Source: an uncultured Clostridia bacterium (GTDB lineage: Bacteria; Bacillota; Clostridia; Christensenellales; CAG-917). From it: a stretch of 64,000 nt of DNA. Location of the stretch: the NCBI GenBank assembly GCA_934233745.1, contig CAKQGN010000001.1:194621-258620 (forward strand). The letters run 5' to 3'. A program made the translations under genes and the position numbers. The notes under the pieces were generated by a model that had not been told where the DNA came from, ran no database searches, and was given only the letters and a program-made list of their open reading frames with translations. Every line of letters starts with the position of its first letter. Position 1 is the first letter of the stretch. Below, in pieces: positions 21,123 to 28,942 of this stretch.

Positions 21123-21370
21123 CAAAATGCGTTTTCAAGCGAAATCGACATTCTAACCGTGCAAAATGCGCCTTTTGTCGTTTTTGATACAAAAATAAGG
21201 CATATTGCGCGTTGTGTCGGTGAAATCGATATTCTAACCGCACTGATTGCGGGTTTTGTGTCTGCCGCAAGAAAATACGAGCGTAAACCCCAATAAAAAC
21301 GCTTTATAAATTGTAATTTATATATAGTATATACAAAGTGCAACGCATATGCACAAGGAAGCAAGAGCAA

Positions 21371-22414
21371 ATGAGTCAGCCAAGCAAAACCAAAACTTTC
21401 AAAATCATCATGTCAATCATGATTCCGCTTTTGATTGTCGTGACCACCGTTGTTATGGTGGGCGCGTCTTTTGCGTGGTTCTCAAACGCCGACAAGGTCA
21501 CTATCACCGAAATCACGATGTCCACTGCCGAGTCTTACAAAATAAAATTTGAATTGCAAACAAACAGTCAACTTTGGGACAATATGGAGTATGTCGGGCA
21601 AACCGCATTTTGCGATATAGATCCCAACGCCGGCAAACTTATGACCAAAGCTATAGCAGGCGAAAACACCGTTGACATCAGCAATCGTCCCTATTATTTT
21701 ATCAATACCGTTGCGCTTGACACGACAGGCAAAACGTTTGATATGAATATGGCGTTCGACACCGCAAAGATTGTCACCTACAAATATGAACTTGTTGACA
21801 ATGCGCAAGGAGAAAAAACGTGGCAAAAGGCGGTTGACGAAGACGGTAAGCCTATTGTTTTGAAACAAAAAACTTATTCTGCAACCGAGGCGGAAGACAT
21901 CAAATATGCGTTTACGTGGTTTTTCAAGGAGCACGTAAACGAGCAGGGCATTGCAAGCACCAACCACACAGTCGGCGACGACAAGATTGACAGATTGAAA
22001 CAACTCAATCCAACCAAAGATGATGTATGGTACACTCCGTACGGAAAACTTGAGTTTGCCGAAACAAACGAAACCGTCAAAAACGTTTACGTTTCAAAAG
22101 TCAATGGAAAAGATATCCCTAATGATTACAGTATAAAAGATCGTGAAAAAAGTGATATCACCTACTTTAATACAAACAAATTGTACGATTTCTGCATAGT
22201 TTTTGCGCCCGAAAAGCTGTTTTGGATGCAATACTTCAAAGCCGATGTGGACAAGTATACAGCGGAAAATGTTTACAGTTCAGACGAATTAAAAAAGATT
22301 TTCGGCAATCTAACCAATCAGATGTTCTATTCGAGCAGGGACTATTCCGGCTCGACGTTTGAGTTTTCAGCCGTCATCAACGTCACGGGTATGAGAGAGG
22401 AGGGACAAGGCTAA
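21371..22414 (+). CDS. Exported or anchored protein with a SipW/TasA-type signal motif (hypothetical, possibly TasA/camelysin-like)
   Basis: Track ORF 21338..22414 uses a GTG start. The ATG at 21371 is preceded by AAGGAAG. The N-terminus is K-rich, then IIMSIMIPLLIVVTTVVMVGASFAWFSNADKV. This resembles the SipW-cognate signal class (G-T-x-A-[YFW]-F-[ST]-D; compare TasA GGGTWAAFND). Confidence 0.6.
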   Translation: MSQPSKTKTFKIIMSIMIPLLIVVTTVVMVGASFAWFSNADKVTITEITMSTAESYKIKFELQTNSQLWDNMEYVGQTAFCDIDPNAGKLMTKAIAGENTVDISNRPYYFINTVALDTTGKTFDMNMAFDTAKIVTYKYELVDNAQGEKTWQKAVDEDGKPIVLKQKTYSATEAEDIKYAFTWFFKEHVNEQGIASTNHTVGDDKIDRLKQLNPTKDDVWYTPYGKLEFAETNETVKNVYVSKVNGKDIPNDYSIKDREKSDITYFNTNKLYDFCIVFAPEKLFWMQYFKADVDKYTAENVYSSDELKKIFGNLTNQMFYSSRDYSGSTFEFSAVINVTGMREEGQG

Positions 22415-23301
22415 TGAACAAAACCAAGCGCACCCTCATCGTATCGTCCGTTGTTATGGCACTCATTTTGGTTGTCACCGCAGTCAGTGTGACGGCGGCG
22501 TGGTTCAGCAACTTTGCAGGCAGCAACCAAGGCGGATTCACCATCGATTCGGCACTCTTGCAAGAGAGCGTCAACATCACGATTGACAGCAGTGCGTCGG
22601 ACTATGGCAGTGCGTTGTGGCCTGCCGTCGCAACTCCCGGCTATCTCGAAAAAGGCGCGCTCGCGCCGTATGGAACGGATTTGAAAGAAAAAAAGAACGA
22701 AACTTATGCCGTGACAGGTGTTCAAAAAGCGGCAAAATGCGCGGTGATATATTTCCCCATTCGCTTTGAAGGCTCGCCCGATTTGAATGAACAAAACGTT
22801 GCAATCGACGGAAGAAGGTCGTTGTATTTGGATGTGAAACACGCCTATCTCGGCACAAAACCAGATGACGGCAATGGAAGCAACACCCAAAACGGCGCAA
22901 TAACTGAAGATGCGACCAAAGACTATTTGTCCTGGTTCAACGTTGAAATGAAACTTGTTAAAGTCACAAAAACCGTCAACGGAGAAACGGTTACGACCAC
23001 CGTTGAAGATTTGCCGTCAACTCAAACACCGCAAGGTGAGGCAGGCGATGTGTACTACAATCAGCCAAACACCGCAAATGATAAATATCCGGGGTACAAG
23101 CTCTATATGCTCCTCAAACCGGGCGTTGAATACTATGTGCAAGCCACAATCTATTTCAACAAACTCGACGAGGAATGCGATGAAAAGTTGCTTTATCTTG
23201 ACGCATTTCAAGAGGCTCAAAAGGCAATATCGTTCAAGTTTGAACTTCACAGCACGTTGCCTGCAGGCACAAGCATAAGAAACAATAATATGACGCCATG
23301 A
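22414..23301 (+). CDS. Exported or anchored protein with a SipW/TasA-type signal motif (hypothetical)
   Basis: The start overlaps the previous stop (TAATG), with a GGAGGG RBS. The N-terminus is MNKTKRTLIVSSVVMALILVVTAVSVTAAWFSNFAG. It also contains ALWPAVATPGY, resembling the PGD-type strand motif of TasA-like proteins. Confidence 0.6.
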   Translation: MNKTKRTLIVSSVVMALILVVTAVSVTAAWFSNFAGSNQGGFTIDSALLQESVNITIDSSASDYGSALWPAVATPGYLEKGALAPYGTDLKEKKNETYAVTGVQKAAKCAVIYFPIRFEGSPDLNEQNVAIDGRRSLYLDVKHAYLGTKPDDGNGSNTQNGAITEDATKDYLSWFNVEMKLVKVTKTVNGETVTTTVEDLPSTQTPQGEAGDVYYNQPNTANDKYPGYKLYMLLKPGVEYYVQATIYFNKLDEECDEKLLYLDAFQEAQKAISFKFELHSTLPAGTSIRNNNMTP

Positions 23302-23924
23302 TTACAAGCCGTAAAAACAAAATCGCGATTGTTGTCGCAATCATAGTGCTTTTTGTCATCGCCGTTTCGACGATGGGAGTTTCCTATGCGGTTTGGACGT
23401 CGCCCGACGGCACAATCGGCGGTGGACAGTCAACCGCGTCACCATCCGTCACCCCCGACAATTCATATGTGTGGGCAAAATATTTCAAGGGCAACGTAAT
23501 AACCGTTGACAAACAGGAATATGCGGAGCTTACAACTTTCTACACGGACGATGCAGGCTTAAACCTCTCCGACGTTTTCATTCCCGACAAAATCACGATT
23601 GAAGGCAAGGATTATCAAGTCTATCGCATCACCAACGGCATATTTGCGGACGCAACGCTCAAAAATTTGCCTGTTATGGTGCATATACCATCAAGCGTGC
23701 GAGAAATTGACGACGCGGCATTTGCAGGACTTGAAAATCTCGAAACCGTGTATTTTGCAAACGAAAACGTCTGCACTCTCGGCGAGTTTGCCTTTGCAGG
23801 CTGCTCGAACCTTAAAAACATTTACAACGTTAAAGGCGGCACTGTAACAGCAAAAGACACCTCTTTCATCGGCACACCAATAAAGCTCAATGACGATGGC
23901 ACAATCCCGTTTTCAACGAATTAA
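23298..23924 (+). CDS. Small N-terminally anchored BspA-type leucine-rich-repeat protein
   Basis: The start overlaps the previous stop (ATGA). The N-terminus IAIVVAIIVLFVIAVSTMGVSYAVWTSPDG has the same TM plus A-x-W motif as the two upstream genes. The C-terminal half, IPSSVREIDDAAFAGLENLETVYFANENVCTLGEFAFAGCSNLKNIYNV, fits the LRR_5 (BspA) pattern. Confidence 0.65.
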   Translation: MITSRKNKIAIVVAIIVLFVIAVSTMGVSYAVWTSPDGTIGGGQSTASPSVTPDNSYVWAKYFKGNVITVDKQEYAELTTFYTDDAGLNLSDVFIPDKITIEGKDYQVYRITNGIFADATLKNLPVMVHIPSSVREIDDAAFAGLENLETVYFANENVCTLGEFAFAGCSNLKNIYNVKGGTVTAKDTSFIGTPIKLNDDGTIPFSTN

Positions 23925-23945
23925 AGATACCGATTCAATTTTGTT

Positions 23946-23976
23946 GAACATATCGCAACGATATGTTCTTTTTTTG
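23946..23976 (+). terminator. Rho-independent terminator of the three-gene operon
   Basis: Stem-loop GAACATATCG-CAA-CGATATGTTC followed by TTTTTTT. Confidence 0.75.
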
Positions 23977-24154
23977 TTTAGAACAAGAAAATATCGCCAA
24001 CACAAAAAAATCCGCGAATGAAACTTTATTTATCCGTGTTGGCTTATGACGGCGAGCAAAGGCGATGAGAGCACGAAGTATTCTCAATCGCCGTGCGATG
24101 ACGACGAGCGCTCCGCGCGGTTGAAAGCCGCGCTTTTATATCTTTGTTGCACAA

Positions 24155-24191
24155 GATATAAAAAATCCGTGAACGAATTTCGTTCACGGAT
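24155..24191 (-). terminator. Rho-independent terminator downstream of the tRNA pair
   Basis: An 11-bp stem, ATCCGTGAACG-AAATT-CGTTCACGGAT, is followed on the minus strand by TTTTTTATATC. Confidence 0.75.
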
Positions 24192-24192
24192 T

Positions 24193-24268
24193 TGGAGCTG
24201 ATGACCAGACTTGAACTGGTGACCTCATCCTTACCAAGGATGTGCTCTACCACCTGAGCCACATCAGC
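24193..24268 (-). tRNA. tRNA-Thr (anticodon GGT)
   Basis: The reverse complement GCTGATGTGGCTCAGGTGGTAGAGCACATCCTTGGTAAGGATGAGGTCACCAGTTCAAGTCTGGTCATCAGCTCCA folds as a cloverleaf. The acceptor is GCTGATG/CATCAGC, the anticodon loop is TTGGTAA, the T-loop is TTCAAGT, and CCA is encoded. Confidence 0.92.
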
Positions 24269-24275
24269 ATATTGT

Positions 24276-24364
24276 TGGCGGAAGCGGAGGGATTCGAACC
24301 CCCGTGGGCTTGCACCCAAACGGTTTTCAAGACCGCCTCGTTATGACCGCTTCGATACGCTTCC
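24276..24364 (-). tRNA. tRNA-Ser (anticodon TGA), class II with a long variable arm
   Basis: The reverse complement is GGAAGCGTATCGAAGCGGTCATAACGAGGCGGTCTTGAAAACCGTTTGGGTGCAAGCCCACGGGGGTTCGAATCCCTCCGCTTCCGCCA. The acceptor is GGAAGCG/CGCTTCC, the anticodon loop is CTTGAAA, the variable arm is 17 nt, and the T-loop is TTCGAAT. Confidence 0.92.
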
Positions 24365-24457
24365 ATAATGCTTAAAGCAAATCATTTCTTTTTTGTGAAA
24401 ACCGTTTCTTGTCCAAACGGTTTGACGCTTCGCTATCAAGCAAGACACGCTCACGCT

Positions 24458-24493
24458 CGCCTCGTTATGACCGCTTCGATATAATTCCATAAT
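24458..24493 (-). pseudogene. Truncated copy of the tRNA-Ser 5' region (promoter-proximal bases plus acceptor/D-arm only)
   Basis: The 36 nt at 24458-24493 equal 24334-24369 except for 3 adjacent bases (CGC versus TAA). Homology stops at the anticodon stem, so no cloverleaf can form. A hairpin, AAACCGTTTGGACAAGAAACGGTTT (minus strand), follows. Confidence 0.7.
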
Positions 24494-24797
24494 AAAAAGA
24501 ATTATTGGTTTTCATATCAAGCTCATTTAGTATAGCAAGAGTTTGCGATTGTGTCAAACATTGCTGTCAATTTTGCAAAAAAACATTGAATTTATTTTAT
24601 GCAAAGGCTCTCAGACGATTTTGCGGATATCTAATCGATAATTCTAAAATGCAGAGCGGAGCATATATGCATACGAGAACACTCGTATTGGTATATGTGC
24701 AAACAGACATATGTACAAATAATTGCGGCGCAGGTATTTACTATGCGACAAATGTGTGATATAATACTTAATTATAATCATTACGATAAGGTGAAAA

Positions 24798-25916
24798 ATG
24801 AGAATCAAATCCAATCGTTTTTTCAAAAGCGACGTAAACGGCGTCGAGGTTTTGCTTGCGGAATCACCGGAAGTAAAAGAGCAAATCAAAAAGCACAAGA
24901 AAACAGTCAAAAACGCAATCGTATGGTCGATTGTGGGTACATTGTTATTTGTGTTTGTGCTTAATGTCGTGATTTTGCCGCTCACGGGCGGATGCGCAAG
25001 AGTCGCGCGTGTGACGAATTATGCGGGGGATAACAAGTACATCGCTTTCCATACCGAAAGCGGTTTGTATTTGTCCGCTCACCGCGCAGGCGGCGTGCTT
25101 GAACCCGAGGAAACTATGGCGGCGTTCAAGCAATGTATGGAAGAAGCGGAGCGCGAAAACTACAAAGTCGATATTCTTGAATTTGACCTGCATCTTACAA
25201 AGGACGACGAGCTTGTGCTTATGCATGACCACGAGATCGACCGCACCTCAAACGGCTCGGGCAAAATTTGCGACAAGACGCTTGCGGAGCTTAAAACCTA
25301 CAATTTCGGTCACAACTTCAAGACTGTGGAGGGCGAGTATAAATACCGCGATAAGTCGGACGCCGAGCTTGAAGACGTGCGCATTTCCACGCTCGGAGAG
25401 GTGCTTGAATATGTCGAAAAGGTCGCTCGCCCCGACAAGTCTATGAAGTACGTCATCGAAATCAAGGACGGTGGCGAGCCGGGCAAGCGCGCAATGAACA
25501 AGCTCTACCGCATGATGGACGAGTACGACATCATCGACAGAACGGTGTTTGGCACGTTCCAGGGCGAAATCAGCAAGTACGTTGACGAGTGCAACGCCAA
25601 CGGCGCGTTTGAAAAAGAAATCGTCCGCTCGGCAGGCATCACCGAAGTGCTTGATTTTTACTATGCCTTCCTTTACGGCAACACAAAGGCAAAATTCAAC
25701 TTCAAGGTGTTGCAAATCCCTATGGGATTCAACGGTTTTTTCGATTTGTCCACCAAGGAGTTCATCGACTTTGCGCATAGCCTCGGTATTGCGGTTCAAT
25801 ACTGGACGATCAACGATCCCGACGATGTTGCAAAGCTACAAGCCAACGGAGCGGATTGTATCATGACGGACAATCCGAAAATGGCATACGAAGTTCTGCA
25901 CAGAAACGAGAAATAA
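24798..25916 (+). CDS. Membrane-anchored glycerophosphodiester phosphodiesterase (GDPD family)
   Basis: The RBS is AAGGTG and there is an N-terminal TM helix. SAHRAGGVLEPEETMAAF and ILEFDLHLTKDDELVLMHDHEIDRTSNG are GDPD catalytic-site motifs. Confidence 0.8.
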   Translation: MRIKSNRFFKSDVNGVEVLLAESPEVKEQIKKHKKTVKNAIVWSIVGTLLFVFVLNVVILPLTGGCARVARVTNYAGDNKYIAFHTESGLYLSAHRAGGVLEPEETMAAFKQCMEEAERENYKVDILEFDLHLTKDDELVLMHDHEIDRTSNGSGKICDKTLAELKTYNFGHNFKTVEGEYKYRDKSDAELEDVRISTLGEVLEYVEKVARPDKSMKYVIEIKDGGEPGKRAMNKLYRMMDEYDIIDRTVFGTFQGEISKYVDECNANGAFEKEIVRSAGITEVLDFYYAFLYGNTKAKFNFKVLQIPMGFNGFFDLSTKEFIDFAHSLGIAVQYWTINDPDDVAKLQANGADCIMTDNPKMAYEVLHRNEK

Positions 25917-26035
25917 GTTTGCGTAATAAATCGCAAGAACCACTCGAAAGGGTGGACTTATGTTTAGCGATAACGAGCGAAGTTTGCTCCGAAACGCTGT
26001 CTTTTACGATAAGTGATAGTTTATAAGGGTGAGAT

Positions 26036-26875
26036 ATGAATAATACAATAAATAGCGAGTTGGCGATTGTATATAGAGAATGGCTCGAAGCGTCAAAACG
26101 CCCGAACGGAATCTTTTGCGATAAAAGCGGCATCGAGAAGTATTCAAATCCGTATTTTTTCGGTGTTCCGAACGAATGGAACATTGAGAAAGACGGTGTA
26201 AGAATACTGGTTGTCGGACAAGAGGGCGCAAGCGGACATTGGAACGCAATCGATATGAATAGTGATAAATATATTGCTTTCGACGATGTGGAAAAGCTGC
26301 AGGAAGCGTCCATCGCGACTGTTGAGAAACGTGTTGGCGGCAAAGACGCAAGCATCGATATTTGCGGCGAAAAGCATCTTATAAAAGACAATCATCGTGC
26401 GTTTTGGCAGTTTTTCAATCGCATAGCAACAAATGACAAAGCGGTGGAAGCATGTCCTTGCGCATGGACAAATATCGACCTTGTTTGTTACAACCAAAAA
26501 GCCGCAAACCGCAAGTATAAACTTAACGAAACCGATAGAAAAATTTTGCACGCCGATACAATTCCCGCAATTTTCAAAAGGCTGGCGGACATAGCAAAAC
26601 CCACGCATATAGTGTTTGCTTCTTGGCGCGACATTTCGTTCGATCACGAGTTCGAGTCGAAACCGTCTGGTTTTTTTAACGATTCTTTTAAGAGAAACGG
26701 TGTAAATTCCGTTTTGCTCACTCATTTGTCGAATATACCGTGTCTTGTTTTGTATCATCCGCAGTATTTGAAAATAAAGAAATCTTTTGATGACGTAATC
26801 AAAACCATATGCGACTACATATATGACGAAAAGAAAGATGAAAATCTAATAGAAACGAGTTTCAAGCTCGGCTGA
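26036..26875 (+). CDS. Hypothetical protein, possibly uracil-DNA-glycosylase-superfamily fold with an atypical motif A
   Basis: Four segments follow the order of UDG-family landmarks. ILVVGQEGASG corresponds to VGEAPG, CAWTNIDLV to YITNVVK, KPTHIVFASW to P.vIv.LG, and LVLYHPQYL to HPS/HPA motif B. This rests on motif recall only. Confidence 0.35.
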   Translation: MNNTINSELAIVYREWLEASKRPNGIFCDKSGIEKYSNPYFFGVPNEWNIEKDGVRILVVGQEGASGHWNAIDMNSDKYIAFDDVEKLQEASIATVEKRVGGKDASIDICGEKHLIKDNHRAFWQFFNRIATNDKAVEACPCAWTNIDLVCYNQKAANRKYKLNETDRKILHADTIPAIFKRLADIAKPTHIVFASWRDISFDHEFESKPSGFFNDSFKRNGVNSVLLTHLSNIPCLVLYHPQYLKIKKSFDDVIKTICDYIYDEKKDENLIETSFKLG

Positions 26876-26894
26876 ACGTATAAAAAACAATTTT

Positions 26895-26927
26895 GCGATG
26901 TACCACAAACGGTGCATCGCTTTTTTT
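26895..26927 (+). terminator. Rho-independent terminator after 26036..26875
   Basis: Stem-loop GCGATGTACC-ACAAAC-GGTGCATCGC followed by TTTTTTT. Confidence 0.7.
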
Positions 26928-26963
26928 ATATTATAAGCGAAAAAACACAGGAGGTGAGCTTTT

Positions 26964-27476
26964 ATGGGAAAAAGCAGCAGTAATAGTATGAAGGAATTGT
27001 GTATCGAGATATCTGAGAATTCGGTTGGCTTGGAAGTCGAATACGACAGCCTAAAAAAAGCATATGACGAGGAACTCCCGATTGTATATGAAAGAGGGTT
27101 GGCGGAAGAATTTTTGCTTGCTCAAAAGGTGGCGGATGTTATAAGGAATATTTGTCCGTTTCTCGAGTTTATCGGTCTTGCAGCAAGCAGTATGGTCGCA
27201 TATTTGCTCTATATAACCGACATAAATCCCGACAAGTACAAATTGAATTTCAAAGACGTTATAGATGCGCCCTGCAACGGGTATATGTGGGGATATCATT
27301 TTAGCAAAGAAAATTTGTATGAAGTTTTCAAAGAGTTGAAAAAACATTTTCAACATGTCGAGTTGAGTGCAAACGACGATTGTTTGACGGTGAACGGTCT
27401 TAAAATATTTGTTGAAACGTCTTTTGAAAGAATCCGCACCATCGGTTTGTGTACGGAACATTGTTTACCGTTTTAA
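26964..27476 (+). CDS. Small protein resembling a catalytically dead fragment of the DNA polymerase III alpha (DnaE) palm domain
   Basis: The RBS is AGGAGGTG. The segment AEEFLLAQKVADVIRNICPFLEFIGLAASSMVAYLLYITDINPDKYKLNFKDVIDAPCNGYMWGYHFSKENLYEVFKELKKHF aligns by eye with the DnaE segment GYFLIV....[46 protein letters not shown]....R..VI.YV...YG. The catalytic PD[IF]D[TV]DF aspartates are replaced by GYMWGYHF. Confidence 0.5.
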   Translation: MGKSSSNSMKELCIEISENSVGLEVEYDSLKKAYDEELPIVYERGLAEEFLLAQKVADVIRNICPFLEFIGLAASSMVAYLLYITDINPDKYKLNFKDVIDAPCNGYMWGYHFSKENLYEVFKELKKHFQHVELSANDDCLTVNGLKIFVETSFERIRTIGLCTEHCLPF

Positions 27477-27491
27477 AGGAGAGTAAATGAT

Positions 27492-28856
27492 ATGGATGCA
27501 TTTGATAAAATTGCAGGTTACGAGAAACAAAAGAAAAATTTGCGCTATATAAGCGATATGTGGAAAAACCCCGAAGAATACAAGCGTCTCGGCGTCAGAA
27601 TTCCCAAAGGAGTGATGTTGGACGGCGACCCGGGAAACGGAAAAACGCTTATGGCTCAATGCCTCATCGAAGCAACCGAATGTGCGTATGAAAAATGCAC
27701 GAAAGACAGGGCGCAGGATGAATTCATCGTCCATTTGAAAGAGGTGTTTAAGAGGGCGGAAGATTATGTGAAAAGCAACAACAAACCGTTTATAATCTTT
27801 TTGGACGATATGGATAAATTTGCCGAAACGTCAAAAGATACTGACAATCCCGAAGAATATGCGATCCTTCAAACGTTTATAGATTCAATCAAGGATTTTG
27901 ACGTGTTTTTTGTCGCTACCGTAAACAGTTGCGCTGCTTTTCCAAAGTCGCTTATCAGAAGCGGAAGAATTGACAAAACATTTGTTATTCTCAAACCGTC
28001 AATATCGGATTCCGAAAAAGTCGCGGATTACTATTTGCAAAATCAAAACGTCAATATAAAAGGCGTGTCGGGTCGCTATATCACACAAATGACGGAAGGC
28101 GTTTCATGTGCAGAACTCGAATCGATTATCAATGAGGCAGGTATGTATGCCGCTTTCGAACGAAGCGATTGCATAACGAAGAAACACATCGATTGGGCGA
28201 TTATGTGCATCAAATTCAAGATAAATGTTGCGGGAAAATTGGAACGAACGTATGATAAAAACAATCCGAATTGCCGCGAGTTTGCGTATCACGAAGCAGG
28301 GCACGCAGCGGTTGCGCTGTTGAGCGAAAACTTTATTCCGACAATTCTGTTCACCGATGATTTAAAGAAAAACTGTTCGTTTTGCTATTCGCATAATAAA
28401 AACAAGGGGTCTCAATACAACAATTCAATCGAAAGAGTGTTTATCGATTTCGGCGGGAAAGCGGGGGCGAGTATAGGGTTTGGTCCGCTGACATTGGGGT
28501 GCAATCTGGATTTGCGTGAGGCGTGGAAAAATTTGTATTGGAATGTTTCGAAAGACTGCGTCGAAGACTTGCATATGTTCAATCCGATCGACAATCGAGA
28601 TTCCTTGCAAGGTGAATTGTTTAAAGACAGATTGGACACAACGACCGAAAAAATGAGCAACGCTTACAATTTCGTCGTGGAGTTGTTGAATCTAAACAGA
28701 GCCTTGTTAGACGCGCTTGCCGACCGTCTTATGGAAAAGTATTTTATAACCGTCGACGAGATTTCCGAAATCTTTGAGGAATATAAAAGCAATCATAAAG
28801 TCGTTACGATTCGCGATTTGATGGCAACTCGTTCGCAAACGCTTGCCTCGGCATAA
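27492..28856 (+). CDS. Soluble (no TM) FtsH-like AAA+ ATPase fused to an M41-type zinc metalloprotease domain
   Basis: The RBS is AAAGGAGAG. Walker A is GDPGNGKT. Walker B is IIFLDDMD, with DD in place of DE. The second region of homology is ATVNSCAAFPKSLIRSGRIDK. The zinc site is AYHEAGHAAV (HEXXH), with GCNLDLREA corresponding to FtsH GASNDI. No N-terminal TM helices are present, unlike canonical FtsH. Confidence 0.75.
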   Translation: MDAFDKIAGYEKQKKNLRYISDMWKNPEEYKRLGVRIPKGVMLDGDPGNGKTLMAQCLIEATECAYEKCTKDRAQDEFIVHLKEVFKRAEDYVKSNNKPFIIFLDDMDKFAETSKDTDNPEEYAILQTFIDSIKDFDVFFVATVNSCAAFPKSLIRSGRIDKTFVILKPSISDSEKVADYYLQNQNVNIKGVSGRYITQMTEGVSCAELESIINEAGMYAAFERSDCITKKHIDWAIMCIKFKINVAGKLERTYDKNNPNCREFAYHEAGHAAVALLSENFIPTILFTDDLKKNCSFCYSHNKNKGSQYNNSIERVFIDFGGKAGASIGFGPLTLGCNLDLREAWKNLYWNVSKDCVEDLHMFNPIDNRDSLQGELFKDRLDTTTEKMSNAYNFVVELLNLNRALLDALADRLMEKYFITVDEISEIFEEYKSNHKVVTIRDLMATRSQTLASA

Positions 28857-28884
28857 ATTCAGAGAAAAATTGCAGAAAAAGAGG

Positions 28885-28920
28885 ATAAAGCAGGCGTTTT
28901 GCCTGCTTTATCTGTTTGTT
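28885..28920. terminator. Bidirectional terminator between convergent genes
   Basis: An 11-bp stem, ATAAAGCAGGC-GTTTT-GCCTGCTTTAT, is flanked by an A-rich left side and a T-rich right side. Confidence 0.65.
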
Positions 28921-28942
28921 GTGCGCTGTTAAATCAAATTGA

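Noticed and set aside
21111-21296. A 61-aa ORF in the spacer after the giant gene, with an internal EIDILT repeat
   Set aside because: The amino-acid repeat merely reflects the duplicated DNA box. There is no RBS, and the ORF spans the palindrome. It is more plausibly non-coding.
24044-24319. A 91-aa minus-strand ORF
   Set aside because: It overlaps both tRNA genes and their terminator, so it is not coding.
23925-26035. Looked for an integrase, prophage or genomic-island boundary next to the tRNA-Thr/tRNA-Ser pair
   Set aside because: No integrase, recombinase, transposase or phage structural gene is present anywhere in the window. The only repeat is a 5' tRNA fragment, not a 3' att-type repeat.
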